In this document: piece after piece, positions 23,178 through 31,395 of the stretch | Position numbering within the stretch: the first letter of the stretch is position 1 | How the letters are laid out: every line of letters begins with the position of its first letter | Assembly (NCBI GenBank): GCA_020720705.1 | Contig: DYOJ01000001.1 | Location: 1 to 40,014, forward strand | Source of the DNA: Acetofilamentum sp. | GTDB lineage: Bacteria; Bacteroidota; Bacteroidia; Bacteroidales; JAADGE01 | DNA: 40,014 nt | Reading direction: 5' to 3' | Position numbers and translations under genes: made by a program | Notes under the pieces: model-generated | Told to the model about the DNA's origin: nothing | Seen by the model: only the letters and a program-made list of their open reading frames with translations | Databases searched by the model: none

Positions 23178-23936
23178 TCAATCCGGATTATTTATTTTGA
23201 CCAAATCCTCAAAAGTATCCACCGACATACTTTCAAATTCTGTTTCGGCAAGTCGAATTTTGAATCCGTGCTCCAACCAACGATTTTGCTCTAAGGATTC
23301 TGCACCCTCCAAAGGTGAACTTGTGAGTTTTACAAGTTTTTCCAATATGTTTGCCTTAAATCCGTAAAGTCCGATATGTTTGAAAAATGTATGTTTTTGC
23401 AACCACAAATGTTGGTCAATTTCATCACGAACATACGGAATTGCCGAACGACTGAAATACAAAGCATCACCGTTTATCGCTTTGACAACTTTGGGCTTAG
23501 AAGGATTAAGCAGGTCATCGGGATTTTCAATTTTTTTTATCAAACTTGCAATTTCGACTTTTGAATCGAAGAAGATTTGGGTAAGTTGCACAATTTGTTC
23601 CGGCGCAATAAAAGGCTCATCACCTTGAATGTTTAAGATTGTATCATAGCTTTGCCCTGTTTGCCCGGCATAGATTTGCGAAGCCTCAAAACAGCGCGAA
23701 GTACCGTTTGTATGTTCGGACGATGTCATTACAACATTGATTTTCATTGATTTACAGAAATCAAAAATACGCGCATCGTCGGTTGCGACAACAACATTTG
23801 GCAGCGCAACAGAACTTTGTTCGTAAACCCGTTGTATCATCGGTTTACCATGAATCAAAGCAAGCGGTTTGCCCGGCAAACGACTTGATGCGTATCGTGC
23901 GGGAATAACCGCAAGTACTTGTGAGAAATCAAACAT
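23178..23936 (-). CDS. kdsB: 3-deoxy-manno-octulosonate cytidylyltransferase (CMP-Kdo synthetase)
   Basis: 252 aa. N-terminal AVIPARYASSRLPGKPLALIHGKPMIQRVYE and NIQGDEPFI motifs are typical of KdsB. Confidence 0.9.
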   Translation of the reverse strand: MFDFSQVLAVIPARYASSRLPGKPLALIHGKPMIQRVYEQSSVALPNVVVATDDARIFDFCKSMKINVVMTSSEHTNGTSRCFEASQIYAGQTGQSYDTILNIQGDEPFIAPEQIVQLTQIFFDSKVEIASLIKKIENPDDLLNPSKPKVVKAINGDALYFSRSAIPYVRDEIDQHLWLQKHTFFKHIGLYGFKANILEKLVKLTSSPLEGAESLEQNRWLEHGFKIRLAETEFESMSVDTFEDLVKINNPD

Positions 23937-24069
23937 CGGCTAAAATTATGAAATTGAATAGTTTTTAATGGTTATGTGTAAAGTTTCACCACGTTATAGA
24001 GATATTTCGACTTGAATGTTTTAAGAAATTCTGTATAAATTCGATTGAAACTAAATAATAAACTACGAA

Positions 24070-24107
24070 TGACTACTTAATGACTATTTTTGACTACTAT
24101 ATGACAA
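24070..24107. repeat. four helically phased TGAC(T/A)A repeats (spacing 11, 10, 11 bp) upstream of kdsB
   Basis: TGACTA at 24070, 24081 and 24091, and TGACAA at 24102, inside the 255-bp kdsB/vWA intergenic region. Confidence 0.5.
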
Positions 24108-24191
24108 TACTTTCGATTTGAAAAAAGAGTATAATTGACATAAAATCAAGTATTTATACGTTTTCTGACAGGCACTATTTATGAACAAAGT

Positions 24192-26159
24192 CTATTTCCG
24201 CAGAATTATTTTCTCGGCTACTCGTGCCTTTCCTTCGCCATGTGAGACAAAATATATCCCTGTTGGAAACTCACCCAAGTCCGTTTCTATTTTAGATTCA
24301 TCATTTGTGGGGATTCGTTTCAGGATTTTTCCGGTCATATCTGTAACAAAAATTTCTTCCAAATCTTTAAGACCTTTAATCGTTATCGGTCCGGCGGTCG
24401 GGTTCGGGAAAATCGAGAACTTAGCCTCAGTAACTTCGGGACCGAACGCATCGTTCAAAGTGTATTCGTCTTCGCGCTTTTCATTTTCTTTATTATCAGG
24501 CTCATCTGCGGTAACACATTCGGGCAGATACAGATATTGGTCGAGCAGACGGATGAGTAGTTTATTCATAGATTCGACATCAAATTTATCGGTTGTCGGT
24601 TTGATATGCCCGCCGCCGACGCCGCTGTCATCTGTCAGGAAAACATAAGTTCCGTTGGTTGCGAGTGCTAATGAGCGCATAAGGTATTCGGTGCTTTTAT
24701 CGGTGCCGCTGCCCGTAATCGGGACAATTCTGATACCTTTTGAGGCTGCTTTACGAGCTAATTTTTGCATTTTGGCAACCGAGGCTTCATCATTGTGCGG
24801 CGGAGCATCTAAAACAAGAAACAAAATACGTGAGCGCGCTTCCGGACGCCATTCTAATCGGTCAATGGCTTCTTCCAAACCGGCATCCACAGCTTCGGGA
24901 AAGTCGCCGCCTCCGCCTGCTGATTGAGCTTTGATAAACTCAATGGTTTTTGAAGCATCTTCGGTAAATGCACTTGGCAGAGTCAGATATGAATCAGTAT
25001 GGTCGCGGTAAAAAACAGATGCCGTAAGCAAATTGATGTCTGTATATTTTTTTTCTAAACGTTCAATAATATCGCTCATTTCTGCTTTCAGATAAAAGAT
25101 TTCATCCCCCATCGAGCCGGTTGCATCTACCACAAAAGCAATATCAACATTTTCCTGAAATCCGCAAGCTGTCTCCATGCTTACAAAATTTATCCCTTTT
25201 TGAAATTCTCTCGGATTATGAACAAAGGCTGTTTTACCTTGATATTCAACACGCAATTCAAATTCGGGCAATGCTTTTTCTTCATAGTTGGTCATATTTA
25301 CCCAAAGTTCGGCTTTGCCGGTGTTGTCGGTTTTAGCTGCCCAGAGTGTATCTCCGAAATTTGAAAGCAAATATACAGAGGCATCGGTCAACCCTTGTTG
25401 ATTATTGTTTGTAACTTGCACACAATAACGATGTTGAGGTTTCATTCGCCAAGTGCTTATAAAACTTTGCAGATTAGAAGAATCAATATCTTTCCAAAGT
25501 TTCCATTTCATAAAATCGTTCACTTCGCCTGCGGTAAGTAGTCCTGCTTTTGCGTCATCGCCCGCCGTGCTTTCAGACGAAACAGGGATATCTTTTGGTT
25601 TTTCCTTCTTGGACGACTCTTTATCCAATCCGGAGGCATCGTCATAAACAGGCAATCCGGAACGACTACCTGACAGTGCGCGTCCGCTGCCTTTACTTGT
25701 GCGTCTGTCTTTTGTCTCCGATTTATCACCTAACGAGCGTGTTCCGAAAAAGGCTTCGCTGTGCTCCTCTTCAGAATCACCGTCTGCTGTTTCAGATGCA
25801 TATCCTATTTTTTTTTCGTCTATAGTAACACCGATTGCCGTAACAACCACTGAATCTAATACTTCTTTGCTGTCCTCCATAACGATACGAACATACTCGA
25901 GTTCTCCGATAACAATTTCCTGAGATTCGAGACCGATAAACTGCACTATCAGAATCGGATTTTCGATGGTTGCCGGAAACGTAATACTAAATTTGCCATC
26001 CGCATCGGTAAGTGTAGCAATTGCTGTATTTTTTATAGAAACAGTTGCTCCGGGTATGGGAGAATCTAAGGAATCTACAACCAGACCGGTGATGGTTTTG
26101 TCAGGTGAGCCAAATGTGAGGCTAACCAAAATGCTGAGATATAAAAAAAATGTATTCAT
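24192..26159 (-). CDS. vWA-domain T9SS-sorted protein with a CarboxypepD_reg-like N-terminus
   Basis: 655 aa. Signal peptide, then a CarboxypepD_reg-like beta-sandwich (ITGLVVDSLDSPIPGATVSIKNT...TDADGKFSI). A low-complexity D/E/S/K linker follows. vWA domain with a MIDAS-like DATGS motif (VDIAFVVDATGSMGDE; about 24615-25148). C-terminal T9SS domain (FSIFPNPTAGPITIKG...GIYFVSHGEGKARVAEKIILRK). Confidence 0.85.
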   Translation of the reverse strand: MNTFFLYLSILVSLTFGSPDKTITGLVVDSLDSPIPGATVSIKNTAIATLTDADGKFSITFPATIENPILIVQFIGLESQEIVIGELEYVRIVMEDSKEVLDSVVVTAIGVTIDEKKIGYASETADGDSEEEHSEAFFGTRSLGDKSETKDRRTSKGSGRALSGSRSGLPVYDDASGLDKESSKKEKPKDIPVSSESTAGDDAKAGLLTAGEVNDFMKWKLWKDIDSSNLQSFISTWRMKPQHRYCVQVTNNNQQGLTDASVYLLSNFGDTLWAAKTDNTGKAELWVNMTNYEEKALPEFELRVEYQGKTAFVHNPREFQKGINFVSMETACGFQENVDIAFVVDATGSMGDEIFYLKAEMSDIIERLEKKYTDINLLTASVFYRDHTDSYLTLPSAFTEDASKTIEFIKAQSAGGGGDFPEAVDAGLEEAIDRLEWRPEARSRILFLVLDAPPHNDEASVAKMQKLARKAASKGIRIVPITGSGTDKSTEYLMRSLALATNGTYVFLTDDSGVGGGHIKPTTDKFDVESMNKLLIRLLDQYLYLPECVTADEPDNKENEKREDEYTLNDAFGPEVTEAKFSIFPNPTAGPITIKGLKDLEEIFVTDMTGKILKRIPTNDESKIETDLGEFPTGIYFVSHGEGKARVAEKIILRK

Positions 26160-26224
26160 GGCTGAAAAAAATTTAATTTCTGAATGTATGATTCAGTAAA
26201 TAAAATTTTCCACAAACAGCAATA

Positions 26225-27571
26225 CTATTTTTGAATTACAGTCTGTAAAATTTCATTTCGCAAAGAAATTTGAGAAGCGTATTCAGACATTTTTTTGTTT
26301 CGGAATACTCTGAGTTGTGCTGTCAGTTTCACAAAAGCCCGATGCCAAGTAAAGGCAATTAAACCGCTGACAGGCAGGGATATAAAATACCCCAAAGCGT
26401 ACAACCAATTTCCGGAAACTACACCTAAAGCGACTGTTTGAATACCGTAAATAAACGGATAACTCAACATTCCCAGCGTAAACCGGATAGAACCCGTAAA
26501 GAGCGGTTCTTTTAATTTACGAGTTATTTTATATGGTAAAAGATAGGTAATCAAATTGTTAACTGCCCCATAAAGAAATATGGGAAGAGTGATAAGCATG
26601 AGCAACATTTTCAAAAAAATCAAGCTTAAACTTGCATTTTGTTCCACAACCCAATCTTTCAGGCGGTTAGACTTCAGAAAAGCGGAATAAGTTCTCACAT
26701 TCTCAGCAATCTTTGCAAAAACTTCAGGCGAATGTTTTGCGATTTTTTCAACACGTTCGATGGTTTGTTTATCTGCTTTAAATTTTTCTGATTGGGAAAA
26801 ATATTTCGCACCGTTAAGCCTCATGAGCGGTTTATCGCAAATATCACATAACGTTTCATAAACATCATAGTTTTCAAGGTCGTGAATATCAATCATTAAG
26901 GCTTTGATACGTAACGACATTTCGTCTCGCAGGGCAAGCATTGCTTTTTGTTCGTTTTCATAATAAAGCTCTTTATAGTCTGCTACGCGTATCGGTTTTC
27001 CGTAATTTACCTGAATAACCGACCTGAAATTGAAATAGTTGGAATAGTATATTCCTGTCGGAACAATTTGAATGCCGAGTTTGAAATCATGTTTCTTCTC
27101 AGCTTCGAACGCTACGCGCTGTATGCCTTTTTTTAGTATCCTAAGATGTCTTTTATCAATGTGTTGAGCTTCGGGAAAAATAGCGACACGTCTTCCGTGC
27201 TCTAAAACTTCGACTGATTTTTGGAATACAAGCTCGTTGAGTTCCAATTTTTCTTTTCCGTCTTGCAATCTAAAAACGGGGAGTATCTTTAAGAAAAAAA
27301 GGATTTTCGCAATGGTCGGATTCTTAAAAACATCCGAACGCGCCAGAAACACCACTTGATATTTCTGCGAGAAAATAATCGCAAGTGCGTCTAAGACTGC
27401 GTTTTGGTGATTTGGAGCAATGAGTACGGGAGCATTTTTCGGGATATTTTCCACCCCCGTAACAACAGCTTTTTTGAAAAAGAAGTATAAAAATGCAGGT
27501 CGCACATAAAATGCAAGCATATTATACCAAAAGCTGTGTTTTTCAACTTTTCCTAAGTTTAATTCCGCCAT
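26225..27571 (-). CDS. PlsC-family (lysophospholipid/glycerol-3-phosphate type) acyltransferase with a C-terminal membrane domain
   Basis: 448 aa. Acyltransferase block I is APNHQNAVLDAL; a FPE block is VAIFPEAQH. The C-terminal roughly 130 aa contain 3-4 hydrophobic helices. It starts 12 bp after the M23 peptidase gene on the same strand. Confidence 0.75.
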   Translation of the reverse strand: MAELNLGKVEKHSFWYNMLAFYVRPAFLYFFFKKAVVTGVENIPKNAPVLIAPNHQNAVLDALAIIFSQKYQVVFLARSDVFKNPTIAKILFFLKILPVFRLQDGKEKLELNELVFQKSVEVLEHGRRVAIFPEAQHIDKRHLRILKKGIQRVAFEAEKKHDFKLGIQIVPTGIYYSNYFNFRSVIQVNYGKPIRVADYKELYYENEQKAMLALRDEMSLRIKALMIDIHDLENYDVYETLCDICDKPLMRLNGAKYFSQSEKFKADKQTIERVEKIAKHSPEVFAKIAENVRTYSAFLKSNRLKDWVVEQNASLSLIFLKMLLMLITLPIFLYGAVNNLITYLLPYKITRKLKEPLFTGSIRFTLGMLSYPFIYGIQTVALGVVSGNWLYALGYFISLPVSGLIAFTWHRAFVKLTAQLRVFRNKKMSEYASQISLRNEILQTVIQK

Positions 27572-27583
27572 AAACGAGGAATA

Positions 27584-28555
27584 TTATTCAAAGATATGGT
27601 CGGATGAAGAAGAGATTTTCAACATACGTTCGTATTCATCTTGGCACAGGTCGTCATAATAAAAGTTTACCGGATTTACATCGTTTCCGTTTACATGAAC
27701 TTCATAATGCAGATGGTCGCTGGTTGATAAGCCTGTACTCCCTACTGTTGCAATAACTTCGCCGCGTTTAACTTTTTGTCCGACTTCAACTTTAAGCTCA
27801 TGGCAATGTGCATAGACAGTCAAATATCCAAAACCGTGGTCAATTTTAACTACATTTCCGAATCCGTTTCCGGCATGTTGCGATTCGACCACAATACCGT
27901 CTCCGGCTGCATGAATCGGGGTGCCCCGTCTGGCTGTAAGATCAACTCCTTTATGCATACGCCAATAGTGTAATATCGGGTGAAAGCGCATTCCGTACGG
28001 ACCGAAGCGTATAAGCTCTTTGATTGAAATAGGTTGAATAGCCGGAATACATGCTGCCATCTCTTCTCGCTTACTGGCCAAGGATTTAACCTCCTCAAAC
28101 GATTCTGACTGAACAAGCATTTTTTTGGACAAGATGTCAATTTTTTCGGATGTGGACACCAAAACGTTTGCGTTTGTATATTTCTTGAATGAAGCGTATC
28201 GGTCGCTACCCCCGTAACCTGCCTTTCGTTTGGCTTCCGGAACAGGCTTTGATTGAAAAATCATTCGGTAAATCTCGTCGTCTCGTTTTTGTAACTGCGT
28301 TAATTGTTCAGCAACGGCATCTACTTCTTTATTAAGAATTTGATAATCAAACAAAATAGCTTTGTTTTCCTGTATGAGTTTTTTCTCGGCAGGGGAATCA
28401 ATGTATTGCGAAACTCCGAGAAATAAAAAAATTCCGAGTATCAGGGATACCAACAACTGCGGAAGTATATTTTTTATAATGTGTCCGAAAACACTGCGCT
28501 CTATAATGTCAAAATTTAATGTATGCGGGTTGAATTGAAATCTCACTTTCGCCAT
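27584..28555 (-). CDS. M23 family metallopeptidase (membrane-anchored)
   Basis: 323 aa. N-terminal TM, coiled coil, HKGVDL (HxxxD) and SDHLHYEVHVNG (HxH) motifs. Confidence 0.9.
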   Translation of the reverse strand: MAKVRFQFNPHTLNFDIIERSVFGHIIKNILPQLLVSLILGIFLFLGVSQYIDSPAEKKLIQENKAILFDYQILNKEVDAVAEQLTQLQKRDDEIYRMIFQSKPVPEAKRKAGYGGSDRYASFKKYTNANVLVSTSEKIDILSKKMLVQSESFEEVKSLASKREEMAACIPAIQPISIKELIRFGPYGMRFHPILHYWRMHKGVDLTARRGTPIHAAGDGIVVESQHAGNGFGNVVKIDHGFGYLTVYAHCHELKVEVGQKVKRGEVIATVGSTGLSTSDHLHYEVHVNGNDVNPVNFYYDDLCQDEYERMLKISSSSDHIFE

Positions 28556-28607
28556 AACTTTTACTTTTGTTCCTGACTTTCCTATCTGTTCTCAAAAAAC
28601 GTATCGG

Positions 28608-28637
28608 CAAATATAGAAATATTTTTGATTATACAAA
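28608..28637 (-). promoter_or_regulatory. candidate promoter for the M23 / acyltransferase (/ vWA) transcription unit
   Basis: Minus-strand TATATTTG (28608-28615) with a TTTG (CAAA on plus, 28634-28637) 18 bp upstream. It lies about 53 bp before the ATG at 28555. Confidence 0.35.
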
Positions 28638-28796
28638 CGTTTTCGTAAATAATTAGACATGTTATTTGACATATATTCTCGATGTAAACTTTATTTTACC
28701 TTTAATAACTATAAGTAATCAATTGAAATACAACGAATTAATAAACATGAGGATTGTCAGTAAAATTAAACAATTATCATACAATCAATTAAACAA

Positions 28797-28822
28797 AAAT
28801 CAGGCCTAAATAAGCCTGATTT
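28797..28822 (-). terminator. rho-independent-type terminator of the Crp/Fnr gene
   Basis: AAATCAGGC / GCCTGATTT 9-bp stem with an 8-nt loop. On the minus strand it is followed by TTTTTGTTT. Confidence 0.65.
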
Positions 28823-28851
28823 CTATTTTTAGGATTGAGCAAAATAGGTAA

Positions 28852-29550
28852 CTACCCCAGCTCACTAATTTTTTCTAATTCACGGACTTTCAGAATTGTA
28901 ATTCTTCTCCCGTCAATTTTAATGACATTTTCTAAAGAAAAAGTTGATAATGTGCGAATTGCATTTGAGGTTGTCATATTTGAGAGATTTGCAAGGTCTT
29001 CGCGCGACAAATAGACTTTTAACGTTTTTCCGTCTTCTTCGTAACCGAATGTATCTGCCAAAAATATGAGTGATTCTGCCAAACGTCCGCGTATGTGTTT
29101 TTGGGTGAGCGAGACTGTGCGTTCGTTTGAGAATCCTAATTCTTGTGCCAACTCTTTGATAATCGCAAGCGAAAGGTCGGGGTTGCTGCGAATTAGCTTT
29201 TCAAGAACAGTTTTGTCTATAATGCAGATACTCGAATCTTCAATAGCGACTGCTGATGCAATATAGTTTTCTTCTGCAAACAAAGCTCTGAAACCAATAA
29301 AACCGATTGGCTTTGCCATACGAATTATTTGGTCTCTTCCGCCGACACCTTCTTTAAAGACTTTTACTTTCCCTTTACACAAGCAAATTAACCCTGACGG
29401 TTTATCGCCTTCTTTGTAAATGATTTCACCTTTTGAATAACTGGTACAGATGTTATTTTTTTTGAGCAAGTCCTGCTCTTTTGCTGTTAATACGTTAAAT
29501 ATTGACTCACTGCTTGTTAGGCAGTTTGTGCAATCTGCTTTTTTGTGCAT
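28852..29550 (-). CDS. Crp/Fnr family transcriptional regulator
   Basis: 232 aa. cNMP-binding-like beta-barrel (YSKGEIIYKEGDKPSGLICLCKGKVKVFKEG..GRDQII) and a C-terminal HTH (REDLANLSNMTTSNAIRTLSTF). The N-terminus has a CxxC (ADCTNC) plus further cysteines. Confidence 0.9.
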   Translation of the reverse strand: MHKKADCTNCLTSSESIFNVLTAKEQDLLKKNNICTSYSKGEIIYKEGDKPSGLICLCKGKVKVFKEGVGGRDQIIRMAKPIGFIGFRALFAEENYIASAVAIEDSSICIIDKTVLEKLIRSNPDLSLAIIKELAQELGFSNERTVSLTQKHIRGRLAESLIFLADTFGYEEDGKTLKVYLSREDLANLSNMTTSNAIRTLSTFSLENVIKIDGRRITILKVRELEKISELG

Positions 29551-29594
29551 GATACTTAATTTGTTTTAATGTTCCTAAGCACTGTTTTAAAACA

Positions 29595-29602
29595 CAAAAG
29601 TA
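29595..29602 (-). promoter_or_regulatory. candidate -7 box (TACTTTTG) for the Crp/Fnr gene
   Basis: Exact TAnnTTTG on the minus strand, 45 bp upstream of the ATG. It directly abuts a 12-bp perfect palindrome, TGTTTTAAAACA (29583-29594). Confidence 0.35.
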
Positions 29603-29720
29603 GAAATTATCCCTTAAAAATAATCATTAAAAACATTTTTTTTTATATTTATTTTTAAAATTCAGTGTTTTGATTAATTTTTTGAAGAAAACTGTGATTT
29701 TTATTCAAATTGATAAAAAA

Positions 29721-29752
29721 AAGAGTGTGAATTGACCTCAATTCACACTCTT
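29721..29752 (-). terminator. rho-independent-type terminator of the exbB-exbD operon
   Basis: AAGAGTGTGAATT / AATTCACACTCTT 13-bp stem with a 6-nt loop. On the minus strand it is followed by TTTTTT. Confidence 0.7.
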
Positions 29753-29770
29753 TCTTGATTGTTGCTGCTT

Positions 29771-30238
29771 CTATTCGTTTTTTTGCCGAGTTGTATAATT
29801 TAACTTCAGAGCATTGACCTTGCGTAACTCTTGTTTAATATCTGTGATGATACCCATTTTTGTTTCGCTGTCTGCTTTCAGAGCTGTTGTCATCTTCGGA
29901 ACATTTGATGGGTCACGAAGTTCGCGCTCTCCCTCAATGAACGGAGCAATATCATTCAGTTCTGCAAATTGGTCGTTAAGTTGGATTAAGGGTTCTTTGC
30001 CCAATTTAGCCCAATATTTTTTTTGCGGCGGACCGACGTAGATGTAACTGACATTTGCCTTATCTTCCAATTTCTTAATCTCGGTAGCTTCCGGCAAACT
30101 TGTTCTTACTTTTAAATCAACTTCTTTCATAGTTGTTGCAACCATGAAAAAGAATAAAAGCATAAACACGATATCAGGTAGCGATGCTGTTGAAATTGCG
30201 GGCGTTCTGTTTCCGCCTTTTTTCTTAAATGTTGCCAT
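29771..30238 (-). CDS. exbD: biopolymer transporter ExbD/TolR family (second copy)
   Basis: I start at MATFKKKGGNRTPAISTASLPDIVFMLLFFFMVATTM (ATG at 30238). The longer ORF to 30337 would overlap the upstream exbD by 92 nt and adds no plausible sequence. Confidence 0.85.
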   Translation of the reverse strand: MATFKKKGGNRTPAISTASLPDIVFMLLFFFMVATTMKEVDLKVRTSLPEATEIKKLEDKANVSYIYVGPPQKKYWAKLGKEPLIQLNDQFAELNDIAPFIEGERELRDPSNVPKMTTALKADSETKMGIITDIKQELRKVNALKLNYTTRQKNE

Positions 30239-30245
30239 AATCGTA

Positions 30246-30818
30246 TTATTTACTGTATGTTTTCGGTTCTGCTTCTGAAATAGCCAAAGGATAATACTTT
30301 TGGACAGCATCTTGTTGCGGCTCGTCCAAATCGTCAAACGGTTTTCCGAATTTTCGTTTAGACAAATCGTTGCGCAATTCGTTTACAGCTGCGACCAATT
30401 CGTTTTGTACGGCAATATATTTATCATAGCTCGTACCCCGGTCATTTTGCAACGACACCACTCCTTTGGAAACGTCAACTGTTCCAAAAAATTCTATCTC
30501 TTTTGATTTTCGGTCGGACAAATTCGGATTGTTGGTCGGATTGTCAAAAAATTCTTTCGTTTTTTCTCTTAACTCAGATATTTCCATCCGACTGCCTTCA
30601 ACCAATAATTGGTCGGCACGATTTATTAATACCACAAACACATCGCGCTCGCGAACATCTGTATCTTTTATCTCTTCGGGCGGAACAATTGGCGGAAGTT
30701 GTCGCATCATACCTTTGTTGGTATCCATTGTGGTGGTAACCAAGAAAAAGATGAGCAAGAGGAAGGCAATGTCAGCCATTGAGCCTGCATTTATTTCTTG
30801 TAAGGGACGTCTTGCCAT
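30246..30818 (-). CDS. exbD: biopolymer transporter ExbD/TolR family (first copy)
   Basis: 190 aa. MARRPLQEINAGSMADIAFLLLIFFLVTTTM is a typical ExbD N-terminus and TM. Confidence 0.9.
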   Translation of the reverse strand: MARRPLQEINAGSMADIAFLLLIFFLVTTTMDTNKGMMRQLPPIVPPEEIKDTDVRERDVFVVLINRADQLLVEGSRMEISELREKTKEFFDNPTNNPNLSDRKSKEIEFFGTVDVSKGVVSLQNDRGTSYDKYIAVQNELVAAVNELRNDLSKRKFGKPFDDLDEPQQDAVQKYYPLAISEAEPKTYSK

Positions 30819-30890
30819 GATTTGAATATTTATTGGAAAAGTAAGGGGGAAAAACTTGAGGAGAATCTACCCCTTAATTTTCAGTTATTA

Positions 30891-31361
30891 TTATTTCAAT
30901 AATTTTGATACTTCGGCGTACAAAATTGCAGCTATTGCACCAAATATAAGAAAGTAACTCACATACAATCCGGTACCTGACCATTTTAAATTAAAATGCC
31001 CTGTAACATTATCTGTGCCTTCGTAGTTTGGCATATCTAAAGCAACATCAGACGCCATTGAATGTCCGACTAAAACTACGATAAGTAAAATTATTGCCGG
31101 AATAATGCCTATAAGTGCCTTTTTAGGGCTGTCAATAAATTTCATTCCTAAACCAAGCAGTGCAAAACCAACGGTTAAAATTGCAGCGCCGATTGCTAAT
31201 ATGTATGAGTATTTCAAAAATCGGTTTACCCAGTTGTCAGGTATCAGGGCTTCGTCTTCCACTGATGCCAAATCAAGGTAGAAAAATATCGCCACAATGA
31301 CTGCAATCGCAATTAATACGACTCGCATGATGAGAGATATTTTTGATATGTTATCGTTCAT
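30891..31361 (-). CDS. small 4-TM membrane protein of unknown function, embedded between exbB and exbD
   Basis: 156 aa with four hydrophobic helices (VVLIAIAVIVAIFFYL, ILAIGAAILTVGFALLGL, LIGIIPAIILLIVVLVG, LYVSYFLIFGAIAAILYA). Same strand and tight spacing within the operon. Confidence 0.7.
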   Translation of the reverse strand: MNDNISKISLIMRVVLIAIAVIVAIFFYLDLASVEDEALIPDNWVNRFLKYSYILAIGAAILTVGFALLGLGMKFIDSPKKALIGIIPAIILLIVVLVGHSMASDVALDMPNYEGTDNVTGHFNLKWSGTGLYVSYFLIFGAIAAILYAEVSKLLK

Positions 31362-31395
31362 GATTACGAATTTAGAGGGTTATGAACTTATTGGA

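Noticed and set aside
24181-24648. 155-aa plus-strand ORF, with several shorter ones (24655-25923), opposite the vWA gene
   Set aside because: They are antisense to a well-supported CDS (vWA MIDAS and T9SS CTD motifs) and have Ser/Arg/Pro-rich shadow-frame composition.
26160-26224. CTGAAT-GTATG-ATTCAG hairpin between the acyltransferase and vWA genes as a terminator
   Set aside because: It has a 6-bp AT-rich stem with no clear T-run. The genes are 65 bp apart on the same strand and may be co-transcribed, so I did not call it.
29771-30337. Longer 188-aa version of the second exbD (start at 30337). Likewise the longer starts at 2706 (LRR gene) and GTG 20824 (dehydratase)
   Set aside because: The extensions overlap the upstream gene or contain the candidate -7 boxes, and they add sequence in front of otherwise canonical N-termini (MATFKKKGG..., MKLFFLRS... 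lipoprotein signal, MTIIEKI...). I preferred the internal ATGs.
30466-30825. 119-aa plus-strand ORF opposite exbD, and 103-107-aa ORFs opposite exbB (31789-32239)
   Set aside because: They are antisense to clearly recognisable ExbD and ExbB genes and have no independent support.
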